From contig DBBX01000031.1 of assembly GCA_002292815.1 (NCBI GenBank), positions 38,472 through 102,471 on the forward strand: DNA of 64,000 nt. The letters run 5' to 3'. The notes beneath the pieces were generated by a model. That model did no database searches, was not told the DNA's origin, and saw nothing but the letters and a program-made list of their open reading frames with translations. Position numbers and translations under genes: made by a program. Origin of the DNA: Thiotrichaceae bacterium UBA973. Its GTDB lineage: Bacteria > Pseudomonadota > Gammaproteobacteria > Eutrophobiales > Eutrophobiaceae. Shown one piece after another: positions 31,820 to 39,786 of the stretch (positions are counted from its first letter, which is position 1; each line of letters starts with the position of its first letter).

Positions 31820-33005
31820 TATATTGATCGGCAATAAGAGTTATTAGTGTTCTCGCAAGTCTGGTTTTTGATGCTTTTTGTAATTGCTTATGTTCAGCGC
31901 CCCAAAACACCGTCAAGGCATTCATCTCTGAATCAAAACCGAGATCTTCGCCGACCTGATTCGCCGCAATCATATCAAGTTTTTTGGCGCGCAATTTTGT
32001 TTGAGCATTTAATTCAAGATTTTCAGTCTCCGCAGCAAACCCAACTGTAAATGGCGGACTCTCTAGGGCCGCCACTTCTGCAAGAATATCAGGGTTTTTC
32101 TGCAAGCTTAATTCATATACATCACTGGATTTTTTTATCTTTTGCTCAGCTATAGTTTGTAAGCTGTAATCTGCAACCGCAGCTGCCGAGATAAATATAT
32201 CCGTACTACTGATTTTCTGCATCACGGCGTTATGCATTTCTGCTGCTGATGTCACATTAATCAGCTTGGCGCGTTCGGGCGCTGGCAAGTTAACCGGGCC
32301 TGAAATAAGAGAAACCTCAGCGCCCGCCTCAATAGCTGCCATAGCAACCGCGTAACCCATTCGCCCGGAACTGCGATTACTGATATAGCGCACAGGGTCG
32401 ATAGCCTCTCGTGTCGGCCCCGCAGTAACCAACAACCGTGATCCACTCAGAATAGTTGCCTCAAATGATTTTGCTGCAAGTGATGCTATTTCTTCCGGTT
32501 CTAACATCCGCCCGGGGCCATTCTCACCACAGGCTTGATCTCCTGCAGCCGGGCCAATAACAACGATTCCTCTCGATTTAATCTTTTCCAGATTCTCTTG
32601 TGTTGCCGAATTCAGCCACATTTGTTGATTCATGGCTGGAGCAAGCATTACCGGACTGGTTGTGGCCAAACATAAAGTGCTTAAGAGGTCTTCTGCAAAG
32701 CCATTCGAATACCTGGCAATAAAGTTGGCACTGGCCGGAGCGATTAAAACCAAATCTGCCCACCGGGCCAAGTCAATATGCCCCATTGCTGATTCAGTCT
32801 CCAAATCCAACAATTCTGTATGCACAGGCTTGCCTGACAAGGCCTGCATTGTTAATGGCGTAATAAATTCACAGGCATTAACTGTCATAACAACACGCAC
32901 ATCCGCGCCATGTTGTCGCAATAAACGCAATAAAACAGCAGCTTTATAAGCTGCGATACCCCCCGTGACACCCAATAAGATGCGTTTTCCTGTTAACTGA
33001 TACAT
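31791..33005 (-). CDS. coaBC: Bifunctional phosphopantothenoylcysteine decarboxylase / phosphopantothenate-cysteine ligase
   Basis: 404 aa with [34 protein letters not shown]. Confidence 0.95.
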   Translation of the reverse strand: MYQLTGKRILLGVTGGIAAYKAAVLLRLLRQHGADVRVVMTVNACEFITPLTMQALSGKPVHTELLDLETESAMGHIDLARWADLVLIAPASANFIARYSNGFAEDLLSTLCLATTSPVMLAPAMNQQMWLNSATQENLEKIKSRGIVVIGPAAGDQACGENGPGRMLEPEEIASLAAKSFEATILSGSRLLVTAGPTREAIDPVRYISNRSSGRMGYAVAMAAIEAGAEVSLISGPVNLPAPERAKLINVTSAAEMHNAVMQKISSTDIFISAAAVADYSLQTIAEQKIKKSSDVYELSLQKNPDILAEVAALESPPFTVGFAAETENLELNAQTKLRAKKLDMIAANQVGEDLGFDSEMNALTVFWGAEHKQLQKASKTRLARTLITLIADQYNEKNINKTH

Positions 33006-33100
33006 ATATTTTAGATTTTACATTATTATTGTTATATGTGGCGCACAGATTAAGCATGTACTCACACACCACAGAAACATTACTAATAACAAGGAGCGTT

Positions 33101-33778
33101 ATGATGTCTATTTCTAGCTGGCCTTTCAATGAAAGGCCTCGAGAAAAACTATTAGAAAAAGGACCGTCTGCGCTATCCGATGCAGAAATTCTATCCATTT
33201 TCCTAAGGACAGGCCGCGAAGGTCTATCTGCCCTGGATCTCGCAAGAGAGCTTTTAGACAAACATCAGGGGCTACGCCAACTCATCGACGCTGATCAGAA
33301 AGACCTTTGTCAAACAAAAGGCTTTGGCACAGTTAAATATGTACAAATAATAGCCGCACTAGAGCTGGGTCGGCGTTACTTACAAGCAGAATTAGAGACC
33401 GGTGATGCCTTTACCAGCCCGGAACAAACACGAGATTTTCTAACATTGAAACTCCGCGCTTACCCCTACGAGGTGTTTGCATGCTTGTATCTTGATAACC
33501 GACATCGCTTGCTCATTTTTGATGAGCTTTTCCGAGGAACTATTGATAGTGCACAGGTTCATGCTCGGGAGGTAGTTCGATCGGCCTTGAAATACAATGC
33601 TGCAGCAGTGATTTTGGCCCATAATCACCCATCTGGGGAAGCGGAACCCAGTCAAGCGGATATTAATTTAACGCAACAGCTAAAAAAGGCGCTCGATTTG
33701 GTTGATATTCGGGTGCTGGATCACCTGATTATCGGTAATGGTACTGCGATTTCATTTGCCGAACGCGGGCTGCTATAG
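33101..33778 (+). CDS. radC: RadC/YicR family (JAMM-motif) protein
   Basis: The start is placed at the ATG at 33101, just after AAGGAG (33091-33096). Motifs: ERPREKLL..G...LSDAELL.I.LRTG and HNHPSG...PS..D. Confidence 0.9.
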   Translation: MMSISSWPFNERPREKLLEKGPSALSDAEILSIFLRTGREGLSALDLARELLDKHQGLRQLIDADQKDLCQTKGFGTVKYVQIIAALELGRRYLQAELETGDAFTSPEQTRDFLTLKLRAYPYEVFACLYLDNRHRLLIFDELFRGTIDSAQVHAREVVRSALKYNAAAVILAHNHPSGEAEPSQADINLTQQLKKALDLVDIRVLDHLIIGNGTAISFAERGLL

Positions 33779-33809
33779 ATCAATTTAGTGATCAATAGCG
33801 TTCAAATAC

Positions 33810-33838
33810 TTGGATTCGAGATTTAATACATGTACAAT
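33810..33838 (+). promoter_or_regulatory. Candidate sigma70 promoter of rpmB-rpmG
   Basis: TTGGAT (33810-33815), a 17-nt spacer, then TACAAT (33833-33838), about 38 nt before the rpmB ATG. The call rests on a motif match only. Confidence 0.4.
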
Positions 33839-33875
33839 CCGCGCTCTTTTTTTATTGTGAATGACGAGAAAAACC

Positions 33876-34115
33876 ATGTCACGAGTATGCGAAGTAACGG
33901 GCAAAGCCCCAATGGTCGGGAATAACGTTTCCCATGCCAATAATAAGACAAAACGCCGTTTTCTGCCAAACTTGCAGTCACGCCGATTTTGGATAGAAAG
34001 CGAAAGTCGCTGGGTCAGATTACGCGTTAGCAAAAAAGGCTTACGCATTATCGACAAGAAAGGCATCGAAGAAGTCTTGGTTGATATAAAAGCCCGTAAC
34101 AAAGCCGCAGCCTGA
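33876..34115 (+). CDS. rpmB: 50S ribosomal protein L28
   Basis: [34 protein letters not shown] is the canonical L28 N-terminus. The start is moved from 33861 to the ATG at 33876. Confidence 0.95.
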   Translation: MSRVCEVTGKAPMVGNNVSHANNKTKRRFLPNLQSRRFWIESESRWVRLRVSKKGLRIIDKKGIEEVLVDIKARNKAAA

Positions 34116-34126
34116 GGATAATAATT

Positions 34127-34282
34127 ATGCGCGATAAAATAAAACTTGTCTCATCTGCAGAAACTGGTCATTACTACACGACGACCAAGAACAAACGCAC
34201 CATGCCAGACAAGATGGAAATAAAGAAGTACGACCCGGTTGTCCGGAAGCATGTAATCTACAAAGAAGCCAAGATTAAATAA
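34127..34282 (+). CDS. rpmG: 50S ribosomal protein L33
   Basis: Below the ORF-track size cutoff and translated by hand: [51 protein letters not shown] (51 aa). It starts 11 nt after rpmB, preceded by GAGGA. Confidence 0.93.
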   Translation: MRDKIKLVSSAETGHYYTTTKNKRTMPDKMEIKKYDPVVRKHVIYKEAKIK

Positions 34283-34308
34283 AAAAAGCGCCAGTAGGCG
34301 CTTTTTTT
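34283..34308. terminator. Bidirectional rho-independent terminator (rpmG / desaturase)
   Basis: A7-GCGCC-AGTA-GGCGC-T7: a short GC stem flanked by an A-run and a T-run between convergent genes. Confidence 0.7.
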
Positions 34309-34457
34309 ATATGTTCATGAATGAACTGGTCGAAGATTACTCCTCCACTTTGACACTTCCATCATCCTTGGCGGTCGTATCTCTCGAGAGGACACGACTA
34401 CATGGATGCAGGAGTTAGAGGGAAGCAGGCCAAAGAGACGATTTACTGTTATTAAGT

Positions 34458-35639
34458 TCAAGCTGGAATAGGCTGCAAAGTATAAGCTCGTATATTCCTA
34501 GAAAACTCTTCCAGCGCTTCTATCCCTGTTGCTTCTGCCTGACGACACCATTCCTGTAGATTTTGTACCATCGATTCTCGGGTTGCGGTCTTCTCTAGCC
34601 AAATTTCTTGCAAACGCTGCTTAAATTCATAGACCACATTGAGTGTATCGCTATGGGCGAGAATACTATCTAAACGCTGACGCGCATTTGAATCCAGCAA
34701 ACTATCCGCCCGGCTCATCAGCTTTTTACCTCGTCGTAATAATTTTTTCCCGGTAACATTGGCCTTACGCATTTCGTCTTTATAGACATCACCTATTACT
34801 TCATGTGCATAATCTGACATCACATGCCATCGATTAGAAATAACCGCACTAACGGTATCATAATCAATCATCGGGTTTTCGTTGTTAAATCGTGGCGTCG
34901 GCGCGAGTTTCTTCACCTTAGCTAGACTCAATACACTTAACAGTCGTATGTACTGCCAACCGAGATCAAATTCCCATCGCTTGTTAGAAAACTTTGCCGA
35001 ACTGGCAAAGGCGTGATGGTTATTATGCAGCTCTTCACCACCGATAAGGATGCCAACGGGGACAATGTTGGTCGAGGCATCGGCAGATTCAAAGTTCCGA
35101 TAACCGTACCAATGCCCAGCACCATTGATCAATCCCGCTGCAAAAAAGGGAACCCAGGCCATCTGTATCGCCCATATCGAGATACCTAACACGCCAAACA
35201 ATGAGAAATTGACGAAAAACAAACAAATGATGCCGAGAAAGGTAAATTTGCTATACAAATTTCGTTCTATCCAATCATCCGGGGTCTCATGACCATATCT
35301 ATCCAGTGTCTCCTGATTCTTTGTCTCGGTACGATATAACTCGACCCCATCCCACAGCACTTTATTAATGCCATGGATTACCGGGCTATGAGGGTCTTCT
35401 TCTGTTTCGACCTTGGCATGATGTTTACGATGTACTGCAACCCATTCTTTTGTGCCCATAGCCGTTGTTAACCATAGCCAAAAACGAAAAAAATGACTTA
35501 TAAGCGAGTGCAATTCAAGCGCATGATGGGCTTGGTAGCGATGTAGATAAATCGTAACAGAGGCAATTGTAATGTGCGTCAAACCAAGAACCACCAGCAC
35601 ATATCCCCACCAGGGCAAGCTAATCAAGCCGTTAAACAT
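34458..35639 (-). CDS. Membrane fatty-acid (acyl-CoA/acyl-lipid delta-9-type) desaturase
   Basis: 393 aa with three histidine boxes: HRYQAHH, HRKHHAKVETEEDPHSP, HNNHHAF. It has N-terminal TM segments, and its length and layout resemble Pseudomonas DesA. Confidence 0.88.
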   Translation of the reverse strand: MFNGLISLPWWGYVLVVLGLTHITIASVTIYLHRYQAHHALELHSLISHFFRFWLWLTTAMGTKEWVAVHRKHHAKVETEEDPHSPVIHGINKVLWDGVELYRTETKNQETLDRYGHETPDDWIERNLYSKFTFLGIICLFFVNFSLFGVLGISIWAIQMAWVPFFAAGLINGAGHWYGYRNFESADASTNIVPVGILIGGEELHNNHHAFASSAKFSNKRWEFDLGWQYIRLLSVLSLAKVKKLAPTPRFNNENPMIDYDTVSAVISNRWHVMSDYAHEVIGDVYKDEMRKANVTGKKLLRRGKKLMSRADSLLDSNARQRLDSILAHSDTLNVVYEFKQRLQEIWLEKTATRESMVQNLQEWCRQAEATGIEALEEFSRNIRAYTLQPIPA

Positions 35640-35836
35640 ACTTCATAACCTCTTCTTATAATTAGAACCGTCTCAAAACTGTTTACTTTTAAACTCATGG
35701 ATCATCATATTGTAGCTGACAAACCCGACTTTTATCCTGATTTAGTCTCATCCTAATACTTCTGGTTGGATGTCTGAGATGTGCATTTCGGAAAGGTGCT
35801 TGCAAGTTATGACGTAATAAGAATAATAGCTGCGAA

Positions 35837-36799
35837 ATGGAGAGTGAAATACTTATATCAGTTCAACAGCTTTCACGCTTTTATGGCCAACAAAAAGCCA
35901 TAGAAAACGTCAGCTTCGATGTCCACCGTGGAGAAATCCTTGGCTTTCTAGGCCCTAACGGTGCGGGCAAATCGACCACGATGCAAATAATATGTGGTGT
36001 GCTCGCCGCCAATCATGGCTCCGTTACTATTGCCGGGTATGATATTCATGAAACACCACGTCTGGCAAAAAAACATATCGGGTTTTTACCGGAACAACCA
36101 CCGCTATATAACGACCTGACCGTCAATGAATATCTAAATTACGCGGCAAAACTTCGCGGTATAAATAAAGACGGCTTAACAGAGGCCATTAATCTAAGTA
36201 AAGAGCGCTGTGGCCTGGAAAATGTTGGCTCACGCTTAATCGAGAACCTGTCAAAGGGTTATAAACAGCGCGTCGGCATTGCTCAAGCTATTATCCACTC
36301 ACCTTCGGTCATCATCCTTGATGAACCAACTTCGGGACTTGATCCCATCCAGATCCGTGAAATAAGGGAATTGATGCGCGAGTTGAGCTCAGATCATAGC
36401 GTCATACTCTCTACCCATATCCTTTCGGAAATACAAAGCCTGTGCGATCGTGTGTTGATCATAAATCAAGGTCATATAGTTTTAGATCAATCACTGGATC
36501 AATTAGAAAATAGTTCTGATAAACCAGACAGTATTGAAATTGGCTTGCGCAATCCACCTGCTCTGGAATCATTGCTTGGCATCGAAGGTGTTGCTTCTGT
36601 TGAAAGCATTAACGATGACACCCTACGTATTAACTTTAGCCCAGAGTCAAACATGATTGCTGCCATTGTTGAAAAAGCAGTGTCTGATAACTGGGGTTTA
36701 TTCAAACTTAACCCGGGTGATACCTCGCTAGAAGCGACATTCATGCGTCTGACGCATGGCGATAATGAACAACTTGAAAAAGATGAGAGTGCCGCATGA
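35837..36799 (+). CDS. ABC transporter ATP-binding protein (GldA-like)
   Basis: 320 aa with Walker A GPNGAGKST, signature LSKGYKQR and Walker B ILDEPTSGLD. Confidence 0.9.
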   Translation: MESEILISVQQLSRFYGQQKAIENVSFDVHRGEILGFLGPNGAGKSTTMQIICGVLAANHGSVTIAGYDIHETPRLAKKHIGFLPEQPPLYNDLTVNEYLNYAAKLRGINKDGLTEAINLSKERCGLENVGSRLIENLSKGYKQRVGIAQAIIHSPSVIILDEPTSGLDPIQIREIRELMRELSSDHSVILSTHILSEIQSLCDRVLIINQGHIVLDQSLDQLENSSDKPDSIEIGLRNPPALESLLGIEGVASVESINDDTLRINFSPESNMIAAIVEKAVSDNWGLFKLNPGDTSLEATFMRLTHGDNEQLEKDESAA

Positions 36800-37542
36800 T
36801 TAATAATATAAGTTTAATCGCTGCCAATGAATTACGACGCCTTTTTAAATCACCATTGGCCTGGGTCATTCTCGCCGTAGTACAGTTTCTAATCGCGATA
36901 TTCTTTTACTTATTGCTATCGCAATACATGCAACCTTCTGCCGCTGCATCTGGTTTAACCGATGTTGTTGTCTCTGGCATGTATCAAATTTCAGGCGTTG
37001 TTATGTTGTTGGTTTCACCACTGTTAACCATGCGTTTGATTACTGAAGAGCGTCGACTAGGCACCATTAAGCTACTAATTTCCTCACCGATAAGCATCAC
37101 TGAATTGGTGCTTGGAAAATATGTGGGGATAACCATATTCTATTGTTTAATGTTATTCATGATCAGTTTAATGCCTGCATCACTAATGATAGGCACGCAA
37201 CTCGATCTAGGACAAATCGCATCTGCTCTCATAGGTGTGTTGTTATTAATGTCTGCATTTGCATCCATTGGTTTGTTTATTTCATCGTTAACAAGCTCAC
37301 CGGCTATTGCTGCTATAAGTACCTTTGGTGTTTTGTTTTTACTCTGGATAATTAACATCGCTGGCACCAATGCCTCTGAAGGCATGGCAGAGGTGTTTGC
37401 TTATATGTCGTTGCTCAAACACTACTCCAGTTTGTTAACTGGCGTTTTCAATTCGACTGATGTTTTGTTTTATATTATTGTCTCCGTCTTTTTCATTATA
37501 TTAAGTATCTGGCGTTTAGATGCTGAACGGACTTATGGTTAA
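36796..37542 (+). CDS. ABC-2 type permease (GldF-like)
   Basis: 248 aa with six hydrophobic segments. It overlaps the ATPase gene by 4 nt. Confidence 0.8.
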   Translation: MINNISLIAANELRRLFKSPLAWVILAVVQFLIAIFFYLLLSQYMQPSAAASGLTDVVVSGMYQISGVVMLLVSPLLTMRLITEERRLGTIKLLISSPISITELVLGKYVGITIFYCLMLFMISLMPASLMIGTQLDLGQIASALIGVLLLMSAFASIGLFISSLTSSPAIAAISTFGVLFLLWIINIAGTNASEGMAEVFAYMSLLKHYSSLLTGVFNSTDVLFYIIVSVFFIILSIWRLDAERTYG

Positions 37543-37548
37543 TTTAAA

Positions 37549-38922
37549 ATGTTCGTAACCGCCAGAACAAGACTCCAGAATCGCCTTAACAGTATTCTTA
37601 TGTTTTGTTTATTGACTATAAGCGTTTGCTTATTGGCATGGTTGAGTCATAAACATTCGCTAGAATATGATTGGACGGCTAACGGTCGACATACTCTGTC
37701 AGAAGCGAGTCGAAATCTATTAGCCAAGATGCCAGATAAAATTGAGATCACATCTTATGCACGGGAAAATTCTCAGTTGCGTGATGCTATCAAAAAATTC
37801 GTTGGAAAATATCAACGCCACAAGCCGGACATTGTATTACGTTTTGTAAACCCGGACGCAGTTCCCGATGAGGTCCGCAACCTTGGTATTAGTGTTGATG
37901 GCGAGATTATTGTTCGTTATCAGGATCGGAGTGAGCATGTAAAGTCTGACAAAGAACAAGTCTTTACTAATGCTCTGCAACGACTAGCGCGTAACCAGGA
38001 ACGCTGGATCGCTTTTGTTGAAGGTCATGGTGAACGCAACGCCTTGGGTGATGCAAATCATGATATGGGAGACTGGGTTAAACAATTGTTTAATCAAGGT
38101 TATCGTGTACAACCGATAAACCTTAGTGAAACACAAGCGATCCCTGATAACACAGGCGTTCTCGTTATAGCCGGACCACGCATCGATTACCTTCCAGGCG
38201 AAACGGAGGCCATCATTAATTATATTAATGACGGTGGTAATTTATTGTGGCTACAAGATCCAGGCCCTCTTTATAAACTCGACTCATTAGCTGAGGAGCT
38301 TGCTCTAAACTTTTATGAAGGGGCCGTGATCGATTATGCTGGTCAATTGATCGGTATCAATGACCCTACTATTGCTCTGGTTACTAAAACATTGTATTCG
38401 CCCCATGCCATAACAGCGGGTTTTGAATACACAACCTTATTTCCGATGGCTGGTGCGATAGAGTTATTAGAGTCGATAAAATGGATGGCTAAACCAATCT
38501 TTGGAACGGGTGATCATACCTGGAGCGAGACAGCTAAACTGGAAGGAGCCGTTGAGTTTAATGAGGGCAGCGATACACAAGGGCCTTTGACTATTGGTAT
38601 TAGTTTGGAACGTGAACTTGAAGCGGAACAAGGGGAAGAACTGGTTAGCAAGCAACAACGAATAGTCGTTATTGGCGATGGCGATTTCTTGTCAAACACC
38701 TATCTTGCTAATAGTGGTAACAATGAACTCGGCACACGAATAATAAACTGGTTGAGTAGTGACGATGAATTTATTGCTATCCCACCAAAAATATCAAACG
38801 ATACACAATTAAATACATCATCAACCGTGCTCGGCATTATCGGCATCCTGTTTTTGTTTATACTGCCCGCGGTATTGATCGCCATAGGTATTGCCATTGG
38901 CCTACGGAGAAAAAAACAATAA
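37549..38922 (+). CDS. GldG-family ABC-transport auxiliary component
   Basis: 457 aa with N- and C-terminal TM anchors around a large extracytoplasmic domain. It follows an ABC-2 pair, the typical GldA/F/G arrangement. Confidence 0.75.
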   Translation: MFVTARTRLQNRLNSILMFCLLTISVCLLAWLSHKHSLEYDWTANGRHTLSEASRNLLAKMPDKIEITSYARENSQLRDAIKKFVGKYQRHKPDIVLRFVNPDAVPDEVRNLGISVDGEIIVRYQDRSEHVKSDKEQVFTNALQRLARNQERWIAFVEGHGERNALGDANHDMGDWVKQLFNQGYRVQPINLSETQAIPDNTGVLVIAGPRIDYLPGETEAIINYINDGGNLLWLQDPGPLYKLDSLAEELALNFYEGAVIDYAGQLIGINDPTIALVTKTLYSPHAITAGFEYTTLFPMAGAIELLESIKWMAKPIFGTGDHTWSETAKLEGAVEFNEGSDTQGPLTIGISLERELEAEQGEELVSKQQRIVVIGDGDFLSNTYLANSGNNELGTRIINWLSSDDEFIAIPPKISNDTQLNTSSTVLGIIGILFLFILPAVLIAIGIAIGLRRKKQ

Positions 38923-39784
38923 CGTGGCTACGCGACTCTGGATTAACGTAGGCCTGCTTGTCTTTATCGTTTTATTGTCTGCGGTTCTTCTTATGCCAGA
39001 AGACAAGATTGAACCAGACCTGTCTCGACTAACTACAATAGAACAAAATGATATCGTCAAGATTGAGGTATTAAGAAAAAATATCGAAAACTTCGAATTT
39101 AATAAACAAGGCGAAGTCTGGCACATGACCTGGCCACAACAGTTTCTCGCTAACAGTGCTCGCATCAATGCTATGTTGCATATTTTAAATTCTGAAACTT
39201 ATGGTCAATTTAATCCTGCTGAAGTTGATTTAGCACGCTTTGACCTTATTGACCCGATCATTACCGTTAAACTAAATGATCATGTTTTCCAATTTGGTAA
39301 CACCGATGCTATCGACCAACGGCGATACGTGTTGTTTAATGGAACAATATATTTAACGAATGATTCACTCTATGCGCAGCTAACTACAAACGCAGCATTT
39401 TTTGCAGATACTAAAATATTGCCACAAGATTTTGAGATAAGCGCAATTCAGTTTCCGGAAAATAAAATTGAACGGCATGACCAACAATGGCAGCTGCAAA
39501 ACTTGATGGACATAAACCCTGATCAATTGAAAAAAATCGTGTTTGCCTGGAATAATGCATCCGCAATATCGGTAAGAAAATATACAGCGCCTGAGACAGA
39601 ATTACCGATTATCGTTTCTTCTTCAAACGGAATCACTATCAGGTTTATTGTTGTTTCAACCGAACCACATTTGATACTAGGCAGAAAAGATATCGGTGTT
39701 CAATATCATCTCGGCAGTGATGAAGCAGATAAATTACTATTAAAAGAAAATACTGAAACAACAACGGAAACACAGCAACAATAA
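38891..39784 (+). CDS. DUF4340-like protein associated with the GldG-type ABC system
   Basis: 297 aa from the TTG at 38891. An alternative GTG at 38924 would remove the overlap with the upstream stop at 38922. It has one N-terminal TM segment. A DUF4340 partner is the usual fourth gene of such clusters. Confidence 0.65.
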   Translation: MPLAYGEKNNNVATRLWINVGLLVFIVLLSAVLLMPEDKIEPDLSRLTTIEQNDIVKIEVLRKNIENFEFNKQGEVWHMTWPQQFLANSARINAMLHILNSETYGQFNPAEVDLARFDLIDPIITVKLNDHVFQFGNTDAIDQRRYVLFNGTIYLTNDSLYAQLTTNAAFFADTKILPQDFEISAIQFPENKIERHDQQWQLQNLMDINPDQLKKIVFAWNNASAISVRKYTAPETELPIIVSSSNGITIRFIVVSTEPHLILGRKDIGVQYHLGSDEADKLLLKENTETTTETQQQ

Positions 39785-39786
39785 TC

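Noticed and set aside
33029-33100. N-terminal extensions in the ORF track: radC from 33029, rpmB from 33861, rpoH from 53755, dut from 31834, the M16 gene from 49445, the secreted protein from 15354 and the lipoprotein from 58037.
   Set aside because: The extensions use non-ATG or poorly placed starts, overlap upstream genes or lack an RBS. Downstream ATGs give N-termini matching the known families or clean signal peptides.
34310-34457. Small palindromes (GTTCATGAATGAAC at about 34314, TCTCTCGAGAGG at about 34385) in the spacer between the rpmG terminator and the desaturase 3' end. I considered an sRNA or operator.
   Set aside because: The stems are short and imperfect with no flanking promoter or terminator signals. 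They are not distinguishable from chance in 150 nt.
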